NCBI GenBank assembly: GCA_977020255.1
Contig: CDROCS010003425.1
Coordinates: 1 to 64,000 of the forward strand
DNA from: Obrimoposthia wandeli
Taxonomy: Eukaryota
Reading direction: 5' to 3'
DNA: 64,000 nt
Shown: in pieces, positions 23,711 to 34,321 of the stretch
How the letters are laid out: every line of letters begins with the position of its first letter
Numbering within the stretch: position 1 is the stretch's first letter
Notes under the pieces: generated by a model
What the model was told of the DNA's origin: nothing
Seen by the model: the letters and a program-made list of their open reading frames with translations, nothing else
Database searches by the model: none
Program-made: the position numbers and the translations under genes

Positions 23711-26700
23711 CATATACTAGCACTTTTCTTTAATTTAAATATGATTCTGATGACTTTGTTTAAATTTTTTGGCTTTCGATTTAATTGATAAAATAGAATT
23801 TAAAATGAGCTCAAAAGTTAAATCGTAAATGCTTTATAAACTTGTAAAACATATTCAATTTAAAATAAACCTAAAGAAAGAAAAAAGAAAGCTCAACACC
23901 ATGTTTGAAGATCCTTAAATAATTTTCTTAAAAGGAACATGAATTATTTTGAAAATAAAAAGAATCAGCTGTTACATTTAATTTCTAACATCAGAAAACA
24001 ACAGATCTGGTAAATCTGCTGATTTTGTCAAACCTCATTATTTTCACCTTCTTCTGTCATTCTCTGAATTCGAGTTTATTTGTTTCTGAAGAAAATTGGC
24101 TTTTTGAATTATATTTGCATAGATTTATTTATATTAATAAACAGTGGCTTTAAATATAGATTCCGAGTTTTAAAATTCAATTACTTTTTCTATTATCTAA
24201 AAATATCAAATGAAATAAAAAATAACAAAGTTATCTTTATGAATGCCTCTTTATCCCAAACTGCATCTGAACGTAGATGAACATTTTCCGTTAATTTTGT
24301 TACTCTTATGCGGGAAAATCTTTCTAATAAGCTGCTTGAAATTCCGTTTTTTAATCTTCATAAACATCTTATTTAGGGGAACCCCCGGAAAATCCCTTGG
24401 ATTCCAATATGGATATATTATGGGCATGGTGGCTTTCTTCCTGTGAGATTTTCGATCTACATATTGTACCACTAAGGCCACACCACACTCGAACTTTTTC
24501 CGAATAAAGGGATTTTTTAAACAACAATTTAACTGGTGTCTGTAATCAAGAGAAAAATATCTATCATCTACCAAGTTAAGTTCTTTTAATACTCTTTCTG
24601 AAAACATACATTTACTTTGATGATCATAATTAATCGAATATGTGCACCTTTAGTTTCTTTTCTGTATATTAAGTACAAACTGTATGTGTGGCTTAATGAC
24701 AATAATAAGTATGATTTATTACTGAAGAGTGCTTTCTTTCCAGGGTAGATATTATTATTGTTACAGTTTCTCATATTCATTGGTAGATAATTGAAAAGAT
24801 TGTTGCATACATTTCCAATATTCCATCACTCTGTTTGTTATTTGTGAATTCAATTCTGGCATTTAACGGTAGCCAAAAGAGCTTCATTAAATGCTCATTT
24901 GTCCTAGCAATTTTCTTTAATTTGAATATAATTCTGACGGCTTTGTTTAATATTTTTTCCCAAGAGATTTAATTTATAAGTTGAAATATTAAACAGAATA
25001 TAATTTATAAAATAAATATTGTTGATATGTCTGTTGCATGTTTTTATCGTTTTATTAATTTGATAATTCATTGAAATTATTTTATCGAAGATGCAACCAT
25101 TGTTCTTCATTTTCTTTTTTAATTAATAACATTTTTCCTGACACGTATGAAACTTCTTAGGGCTTATATTATTCTTAAATCCAAATATTATATACTCAGT
25201 TTTATTCTTATCCATCTTCAAATGTCTTGATTTCGTCCATATAGCTAGTTGACTCCTACGAAATGTAATTTCATATTCATTAGAATTCAAACCAAAATAA
25301 AGTTGTGTGTCATTAGCATAAAGATGGAAACGAATATTATTTTTCTTAATATTTGCTACGATTGACAAGTATAAAATAATTACACTCAGTTACATTTAAA
25401 TATTTAAAAATCAAATAATTTCAATAATTTAGTCGTGTAATTTCTGAGACGAAACAGAATGTTCAAGGTTGAATAGTAAAAGTTAAGCTCGATGATTGAA
25501 AACCCTGCTATACCTCAAGCAAATAATGATCAAAAACAAGAACAATTTTAAGACATAACAAGACATAGCAAACTGCAATAAACCAAACGACCTTGTCACC
25601 ACTGGCCCATTTGTGCAGCAATGGGTAAAGATTTCTATCCTCTCCTGTTTGTACTATGTTGTTGACGAATAGATCTTCATGGAATATATTCTTTGAACTT
25701 TAATTACATCAAACTACTTCTTTACAATATGTCAAATAAAATTCAAATTGTTTATTTCAAAATATAAAAAGACTTTTAAAATTAAGCTCACTAGAAATAT
25801 TTTTCAAAATTTAAAACAACGAAGATTTAATGCAGTGTTTCAACACGACGGAGCATCAACTCATTTTGAAAAATCGATAGAAACTTCAAGAACATAGAAT
25901 TTATCTTAAGATGGTTGGGCAGCGAGGTCTTCAGACGTCACTATTGGATTTCTTTGTTTGGGAACTTCTTAAAAACAATTATTTTAAAGAAACTCTAAAA
26001 CTATTCAAAAGTTGGCAGTATCAGCGAATATTCAATCCTAGCTATAAATGGCTGGGTAACTTACTGAAACAATGCCGTATCAGGAATTGTGGATTGCAAT
26101 TTTTCCACATGAACGAGGAATCCCTAGTAAGTGCGAGCCATTAGAATGTACACACCACCCGTCGCTTCTACCGCTACAACCGTCGTTTTCATCATAAGCA
26201 CGTCTAATTATAAATGACAGTTAATCGTCGGTTTAGACCCATGACGCCGGTTTTTACACCATTGATCAACATCATAACTAGAGTGTCCCAGGATTTTGGG
26301 GTGTCAACAGCTAATTCTCGCAATAAATAGCAGAATTAGAAAAAAAATTAAAATGGAACTTTGTGTTGCACTTATTAAAAGCTACGCTGACTTTACTTAC
26401 ATACTGTATATATATGCAAAACTCGTGACGTATAGTTCTTCAAGAAGATGACTAAGGTGTGATAAAAAGATCAGGTGATGAAGTTGATACTACTCGTTTA
26501 TTGAAAAAAACTCTTGCCGAAAATATAAATGTTAATTTTCAAGCAAAAGCTCAAATTAAAACAGGCTATCTACACCCAAGGTTAAAACCTTTCTTACTCC
26601 CAACTACTCCAACCTTGCGAGTACGGTTAATTACAATTATAAGTGGGTTTTTCGGTAATTTACTTTTCTGCTCAAACTCACTATCATAATTCACAACTAC

Positions 26701-27599
26701 TTTACCACGATTAATTTATTTTATTTTCTAAAAGAAAAACCCATATTTATGTACTGGAACAATCCAAAAAAAATTGACTACGAGGTGATCCTTTCGCTAT
26801 TTACAAACTCAAAATAAACAATGACATTGCTGCAAAAAATCCTCAATACGGACTTTAATACTTTTTTATTTCAAATGTGTCTTTTCCGAAAAGGCCATGT
26901 GGATGTTTATTGGGACCAATCTGAGATTGTCCACTAAGATTCCATAACGATGTAAAGCAAGAATGATAGAAGTGAAATAGCATGGCTGATTACTGATGAA
27001 TTTTAAAACTAGATGTTTCCCAACTAAACTTCAACAGACAATCAAAAAAGAAATTTTCTACTTATTAAAATGTTTTCATATTTTTAATTTTATTGTATTG
27101 TATAAATAGTTTGTGTGTATTTTACAAGAAAAGTAGATGTGATACAGATTTTAAAGTTGTTTTAATCGAATCAACATAAAAAGGTTTGGATACTCTTTTT
27201 TTTTAATATTTTGTTGTCCAGGTTATTTTATAATGCAAATAAAAGTTGTTTTGTTTTAATAATATTTAACTAATGTTATATTTAAGATTGTTAAAGAGGG
27301 CAATATACCATGTCCAAAATCTTTAGTACCACCTTAAATGTTTAATATTCTGTTTTTTCTATTAATTATATCAGCTAGTTTATTAAACATTATAACAAAA
27401 GAAAACAAAATGTAAAAATATGAAATTTTTAACTGTTTCAAAACTTTAGTACAACCCCTTAAAATTCAGTTTTATTTTTAAATAAAAAGTCGAATAACAT
27501 CAAAAAATGTTTATTACTTATACAGCTTTCCATAGTTTCTAAAAATCGTATGAATGATTATTAAAACTGGCTTTGAGTGATCTTATACAAGCATCACTA

Positions 27600-27850
27600 A
27601 CTTTCTTCCATTCTGCTTTCTGCAGGCAATCTAAGTTCTCATAAACTTTCCCATTTTTAAAGATTTTAGTGGCCATAATTCTCTACACATTTGCAATGAT
27701 ATTTTTGTCTGGGAAATTAGCTGACCAGACTCGAACTGATATATTATTACTTCTAAACCATTCTTTAATTTTTCGTGCCTCGTGTTCTGGTGCATTGTCA
27801 TGTTGAAAAACAATTGAATCATGACTATATATAGGTCATTAAACCTCCTC
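27600..27850 (-). pseudogene. Tc1-like transposase fragment
   Basis: FQHDNAPEHEARKIKEWFRSNNISVRVWSANFPDKNIIANV, matching FQQDNAPKH...WPxQSPDLNPIEN. Confidence 0.75.
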
Positions 27851-28981
27851 CAACATATTAGTATAATTTTGACTATTAATGTTCTTTTTCACTAAAACAA
27901 GTATCCTGTATTCTGATGAAAAACAGCTACCACATCATAATACCAGAAGTGTATTTAGAGATCGGGTATGTTTCTTTTTACACTCGTTTGTCATACCAAT
28001 GATATCAGAGACAATCAGTATAACTTTATGTTAAACCCTTTTCGAGCATAAATTAAAAAAACTTACAAAATTACTGCTGCAATCTTGGTACATTGAATTA
28101 TTTTTTCATCTTACCGTATTGGTGTGTTCTTTATTTTACTAATAATTGATCTACTTAGACGTACATTATCATTGCTGGTATCTTCACGAAGTAAGTTTTT
28201 TCTCTGACCATATAAACAAAGATTGTTTAACAAACTATTATAATTTTCTCTTGGGTATAAATTTTTGTTCTTTTATCGCTGTTTTTTCTAATTTAATTCC
28301 ATATTCAAATGGTTCTTGTAAATAAATGAAAACGTGGTGTGATGTAATGCAGGGTAGATAATTTATCAGCTCAGTTAGCTCTTATGTCGTAAGGGTCTGG
28401 CAACACCAAGACCGAATATCGATGAAACAGATCCGGGACCAATCGACGTAGACAAAACCCCTCTGAATGTGTCAACACGTGGAATATTGTCTCGTGGGTT
28501 GTTCCTCGACTAATCTATATGTTAGGGGAGTAGGTGGATGTGTCCGGTCTAATCCACACCCCCTCCCCCCTACTGTCCTTTAAAAGCGTACATGTGTGTG
28601 TGGAGTGAAATTTCGTGTAGGTGTGTAGAAAAATTTTCTACCCCCCCCATCTCAAACACTCAAAAAAATAAAATAAAAAAATAACTCCATTTAACACCCT
28701 GTAAATTTTAAAATCTCATAATGCTCCCAAAATTTTGATTAAGGTCCTGAGAGGCCAAAAAAATGGCCAAAGCGTGCCCTACGGGCCCGCGGTGGATCAA
28801 CGAGTAATAAATACAGGCTCGCGAAAAAATTTTCCTTATAAAAATTTATATCCATACATATATACAAGGTCATAAAAATATTTCTTTATAAGAATTTATA
28901 AGAAAGATACATATATAGGGTCACAAATTTTTTTTAAATAATCAACTACATAAATTCGAAATAATTTGCATTTTTGTTTGA

Positions 28982-29116
28982 TGAGTCATCAAATTAGTCA
29001 TCATGACCTTAAGTGATCTTGACCTCATGATGACCTAGACAACTTTGTACCCTTGACCTCATGATGACCTTAAATGACCTTGACCTCACGATGATGACCT
29101 CATAAGGTAATGACCT
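28982..29116. promoter_or_regulatory. Array of nine TGACCT (AGGTCA half-site) motifs plus TGAGTCA in the left subterminal region
   Basis: TGACCT at 29004, 29020, 29031, 29054, 29065, 29075, 29081, 29095 and 29111. Function is inferred only. Confidence 0.5.
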
Positions 29117-29561
29117 TAACTTGAACTGAAATGAGTTCATGAATTTTTTATACCATCCAAACATGTACAGTCAAAAAAATATTACTATTTTAAATCCAAA
29201 TCTTAACAAAATTTAAGAAAATATTACTATTTTAAATCCAAATATTAACAAAATTTAAGAAAATAACATAAATTCTTTGAATAATACGTTTTCATTGGAC
29301 GTTAAACTTATACAAGAAAATCTTAAGAAAATCTTAAGAAAATAGTTATATTTTCGAATAAAATATGTTTTATCCAATGACATTCCAGCATTCAAACATA
29401 GTTAAAAAAATGAGAAAAGCCTACTGATTTTCAAATAAATTATTTGATTAACCCGCTCTCATTGGACGACAAAAGAGGGGTTAGTCTATTATTTTTGTAT
29501 ATAAGGAAACCTCTTTTCATTATTTTTTCATAAATCAAATATCATTAATCAAGAAGCAAGA

Positions 29562-31635
29562 ATGTCAAATTTCAATAACGTCGATTTGGATGAAGAGACG
29601 GAGGTTCAGCTGTATGGAGATCTCTCTCAAGTACAGCAGCAAACGCCACCACCGGCGCAGTACATTGACTTACTTAGTCAAGACTCGTCGGTGGTGAGTG
29701 AAGGAGACGAAGGAGAAGCAGCAGCAAGAGCCCAACTGTTGCTAGAAGAAGAACCGCCATTGGCCAGCTCAACTCCAAGAGAACAACCAATGAGCGTGCG
29801 AGGTGGGGTACAGAGATCCCAATATATCTATCTGACTAGTCAGGATTCGATAGATAATTGGGAAGACTGTACTCCCAGGCTGAACACAGAAGCCAATCGT
29901 CCGGCAACTTCAGCAGTAGCAGCAAGGAGATCCAATCTCTTTGACAATTTCAAGGCGGCAATCAAATGCCCCTGGAAATTGATCCCGCTGTCTCAACCGG
30001 AGATAATACTGGCACCAGACTCAGACGAGGAGCTGTTTACTGATGACGTTCCGTCGGATGGGGAGGAGGAGTGGATACAGCCAAGTATCGGACCCCCGGG
30101 AGCCAACGAGTCCATGGTTGCAGAAATGGATGAAGATGAGTGGGATCTGTTCACTGACGAATGGATGGTCTCACTCCCTCTACAACTCCGACTCCGATAC
30201 CCAACAATACGGTGCCTGATCCATTCAGAAGGCCACAATCTCCGATACGTCCTGTTAGGAGAATAAAGGCGACGAATGAGGTTAGAAATCATTTATTTAA
30301 ATTGTTTTTTAATTTCATTTTTCAGAAACTTCAACTGGATTTGGCACCGTCAGTGACCACGATTGAGAGGCTAATTGAACCGCAATACTTGGCGAGTCAA
30401 TGTAGCCAGGATGATCCCAGGAGTGATCAGAGATACCTACCGACTCCGGCTAAAATTGAGGTATATTATTATAAATTAGTAAATTTATTTAATTATTCAC
30501 TTAGGAAGCTGAATTGGTGGAGGAAATTTGGGAGGAGGCATCTCGGAAACTACCTGTCGATAGGAAGCAAGCGGCAGTTAAGAAAGCTCGACGTCATCGA
30601 ATCAAAACCAATACAGTCCATCGGAAGAAGACCAAGTTGGTGAAACAGGCTAATCTGCCAGTCATCGAGGTAAATTATTTATATGTTTAAATTTTATTAA
30701 TGTTTTTTTGTTGCAGGAACCAATAATATTAACTGAGGAGACGTGGACCAAAAGTTCTCCTTTCCCGCATAAGCGAACGAGGCAGCTTACTGTACGGAAG
30801 ACACGGCATCTTAGAAAGGCGAAATCATGTCTGCTCAATTCGAGTGAAGTAACGATTGAGCGGCAGGAAAATCTTCCGTCTAAGATGATTGAGGTAATTT
30901 TTTTTAATTTTTTTTTTTTTTATTTAAATAAAATTTTATTTGAAATTTTATTTTTGTTTTCATTTGCAGGAACCTGTCCGGATAACTGAGGAGACTTGGG
31001 GAGAAGTTACTCCTTTCCCTAAGAAAAGGACAAAGCGGGCAGAGGTGAAGAAGACGAGGCGCGCGAGAAAAATTCGAACCTCAATTGGCCATTATTCTGA
31101 GGCGGTGATTGGCCAGCAGGAGATTCTCCCTCCTCCAATGGACGACGGGCCTATCTTATATGAGAGGATCCCAGTCTCGCCGATCGAGATAAGTCCGCAC
31201 TCGAGTCAACAACTCCTGCAGGATACTGCTTCTCCTCGTCCAACAACCAGCCAAAACTTGAAGAGGGCCTGGGATGACGCTGGTTTGGACGAATTCCTAG
31301 CGGAACTGGATACACCCGCAATGCTTCCAGATTCGCGTGGGCAACAGGATGCCGTCTCACGCCAGCTTCAGCGTGAGAAGGAGGAGAAACAGAAGAAAGC
31401 TCCGCGGAAGAGGAAGGCTACTGCTTCTATGTCCGGGCCATCAACATCGGCTGCACCTCCTCCCAAAAAGTTGCGGCAACTATTGCCAAAACCTGAGGGA
31501 AGGACAATTGCTGTACAGCAACCGGTGAAGCCGAAAAAGAAACCGGGCCGGCCAAAGAAGAAGGAACCAGTACCGCTTTCTCCTATAATACTTAGTCGGA
31601 GGGAATACGACCCCGATGATCCCAATGAAGACTTC
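29562..31635 (+). CDS. Polinton left-end multi-exon gene: acidic N-terminus, repeated basic exons, NLS-like tail; frameshift near 30160
   Basis: GT-AG introns at 30281-30325, 30461-30504, 30670-30716 and 30894-30969, all phase 0. Exons of 135, 165 and 177 nt keep the frame. A further donor is likely at 31636. TATATAAG lies upstream near 29499. Confidence 0.8.
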
Positions 31636-31700
31636 GTAAGGATTTTCAAAATTATAATTTATAAACATTAGTTTCTTGTGTTGTCTTTTTATTATTATTT

Positions 31701-31880
31701 ATTTTAGAATTTAGTAATATTAAAATATACTACTTAAGTTTATTAAAATAACAAGGTTAAAAATAAATTTTAGAATTTAATATTAAAATATCCTCCTTAA
31801 GTTTATTAAAATAACAAGGTTAAAAATAAATTTTAGAATTTAGTAATATTAAAATATCCTCCGTAAGTTTATTAAAATAA
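31701..31880. repeat. ~62 bp AT-rich tandem repeat, about 3 copies
   Basis: ATTTTAGAATTTAGTAATATTAAAATAT...TAAGTTTATTAAAATAA is repeated. Confidence 0.75.
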
Positions 31881-32074
31881 AGTTACCTTATTCGAATGTG
31901 ATTGGATTGTTAAGGAATAATTAATTTTTAGGATTAAATATAAATGCAATGATTAGTTATATATTTATTAAACTTCCATTTGATAAATATATTTTAATTG
32001 CTTGTGATTGGATTAAAAATATCTTTAATTTATATATATAAGTTCAAATTTATTAACATCTTCATAATTAAAAA

Positions 32075-32395
32075 ATGGAATTTATTAAAATGCAAAGTTT
32101 GATGACGAAGATCGAGGCAAATATAAGAATAAATGAGAAGAAAGGAGATTTACGAAAGAGGATCCTCAACCAGAATTTATATACTGCTGTCGCGACCGAG
32201 TGGAATCGTCGGGTGGAGATTCAGGACAGGCGGCTAGCAGAACGACGTCGGGTTGTGGAGTGGAACAAGAAAATCGAAATGGAAAAAAGGAAGGTGGAGG
32301 AAAAAAGAAGAGAAGAGACGGAGGATGTTCGGAGAGCAGCAAGGAAGCGAATCCTCCAGATTAAACCGGAAGAGGGTCCTTCCACAAAAAAATAA
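32075..32395 (+). CDS. Hypothetical charged coiled-coil protein (Polinton)
   Basis: 106 aa ORF directly after TATATATAAG and rich in E/K/R. Confidence 0.7.
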   Translation: MEFIKMQSLMTKIEANIRINEKKGDLRKRILNQNLYTAVATEWNRRVEIQDRRLAERRRVVEWNKKIEMEKRKVEEKRREETEDVRRAARKRILQIKPEEGPSTKK

Positions 32396-32528
32396 ATTTT
32401 ATAGATTATTATTTTATCTTTATTGATTATGTTATAAATTGTCTAAATACTACCTCGTCATTTTAATCAATTTTTGATTAATAGTTTTTCGTTATAAACA
32501 ACGGGATTTGCTACAGATTTGGGTAATT

Positions 32529-33017
32529 ATGCAGGAATATATCATAGATTTTGAGGCTTTCATTAACAAAAATGGGGATTATATTATAAAAGAATTATGT
32601 ATTATGGATGTATGCGACGTTTTTCATCCTTTGCATTTCATATTTCATATAGATATCCCATTTAAAAGTTTAGATTATAAGAAAAAATTTACTAATTTAT
32701 ATCTAACTAAATATTTCCATTTATTAAAATGGAAAGAAGGACATAAGGCTTTTTGTGAAATATGTATTTTCGATACTATTAAATCTAATTTTGAAATTGA
32801 AAATGGAATTTTTTATGTTTTAGATGACATGGATGGCAAAAAATATAAGACTTTAAAAAAATATTTTCCTAAATTGAGGTTGAATACTTTAAATATTTCA
32901 CGTGATCATCTATTAAATATTCCACAAAATATTTGCTGTCCATATCGTAATCATGGTGACCATTGCGCATATAAAAAATGTTTAAGTCTTTCTTATTATT
33001 ACTTGACATGTAGATAA
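32529..33017 (+). CDS. Probable DEDD-like (DnaQ/Maelstrom-type) exonuclease-fold protein
   Basis: N-terminal IIDFEAF...YIIKEL (DxE motif) and C-terminal CPYRNHGDHCA. Assignment from remembered motif pattern only. Confidence 0.5.
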   Translation: MQEYIIDFEAFINKNGDYIIKELCIMDVCDVFHPLHFIFHIDIPFKSLDYKKKFTNLYLTKYFHLLKWKEGHKAFCEICIFDTIKSNFEIENGIFYVLDDMDGKKYKTLKKYFPKLRLNTLNISRDHLLNIPQNICCPYRNHGDHCAYKKCLSLSYYYLTCR

Positions 33018-33029
33018 ACAATTCTTCTA

Positions 33030-33270
33030 ATTGGAGGAATTCATTATTAAAATTTACATTTATTTACAAATAAGCCTTTTGATTGGAGGAATAAAATTTT
33101 TTTCAACCTTTAATATATGAATAATCCTTTTCTTTAATTGGAGGAATAAAATTATTTTTTCAACCTATAATAGATTAACAATCCTTCTCTTTAATTGGAG
33201 GAATAAATTCAATTTTTTAATCCAATAGGAAAAGAGCATGTGTGCATAAATTTTAGTATATAAGCAAACA
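33030..33270 (+). promoter_or_regulatory. Promoter-like region: four ATTGGAGGAAT (CCAAT-box) repeats then TATATAAG
   Basis: Motif at 33030, 33082, 33137 and 33194 (about 55 bp period), with the TATA box roughly 45 bp before the ATG at 33305. Confidence 0.6.
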
Positions 33271-33304
33271 CTTTCTTCATTTAAATCCCCGACAATTTGA
33301 AATA

Positions 33305-34321
33305 ATGCCTATGGTAAGAATTTATTTGTATTATTTCCTTATTAATATTTATTATTTCAGATTACGTGTAACCTATTCCCTGCGTATTGCGGTGCTTCGG
33401 CTCCGCATGGAGGAGAGTTCTGCATGGAGACAATGTCTGCATACTACCGGACCAAGTCTCAAGGTGTTCTGTTCTTCGTCTGCCCCTTCTGCAGAACAAT
33501 GGAGGAGAAGGAGTTTCGAGAATTCTTCTGTGAACATCGAGCTCACCTATCGTGTTTCACGGCCAACAACAAGAAGAGGGATATCGTCCAATTGGTGCGC
33601 GATTCGCAGGCCGCTCGAGCTCCACCTCCATTTACAGTGGCAGTCAGTCTACCAGTTTATGGTCCTGCCATTGGTCCTTCTCTCCCGGCTCCTGATTCTG
33701 CTGCTGCCCCATCCACTCAAATGTCTAACAATGAGTGAATGAACGACATTTCCGAAGAAGATTTTGAGGAATTGGCACCAGCAACCCAATTCTCAAACAA
33801 TGACTGGATGCGAAATATCACCCAGTCAGATTTCGAGATGGAGCAGCCTCAATGGAGCGACAACACCTGGTTGGAGACAATCGAGGAATCAGATTTCGTC
33901 GAGATGTTGGACGACAGCTGGATGGATTTCATCAATGAAGAGGACTTCATTCCAGCTCAACTTGGATTGCCTTCATTAGGTATTTTTTATTATTATTTTT
34001 AAATTATATATTTTATTTTTTATTATATATATTTTATTTTTATTTTTTATTCAGGAAATACAGTTCTACAATCGTCATCTGCTACAACAGATATGCCTCC
34101 ACCATCGCGAGTGCCTACATCGATGTTAGCACGTCTTAGAGGTAATAATTTTTAAAAATATATTTATTTCAGCAGCACTAACTTCTACAACAGCCGCTTC
34201 TTCATCGGAAAGGTCAGCGGTCCCTTCAACATCATCTACAGTTGCCTCAACATCGGCAGCATCAACAATAGCAGCAGCTTCCACATCAGCTGCAATTGTC
34301 TCAACATCGGCAGCATGTCCA
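33305..34321 (+). pseudogene. Spliced 5' exons in frame with pPolB: RING-like Cys/His domain, acidic W/F repeats, Ser/Thr/Ala linker
   Basis: Introns at 33314-33360, 33980-34054 and 34142-34172 join MPM / ITCNLF...CGA..H..FC...VCPFCR / SNNE*MNDISEEDF repeats / GNTV / AALTST in frame with the ATG at 34322. One TGA at 33736. Confidence 0.7.

Larger units (their letters stand above)
9033..26457 (+). repeat. Direct tandem duplication: unit 1 9033-17850 (8818 bp), unit 2 17851-26457 (8607 bp)
   Basis: The ORF track repeats almost exactly. Both units start TGGGGCTCTACCAGGG and end GATGACTAAGG. They differ by a few SNPs and small indels plus minisatellite copy number. Confidence 0.97.
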
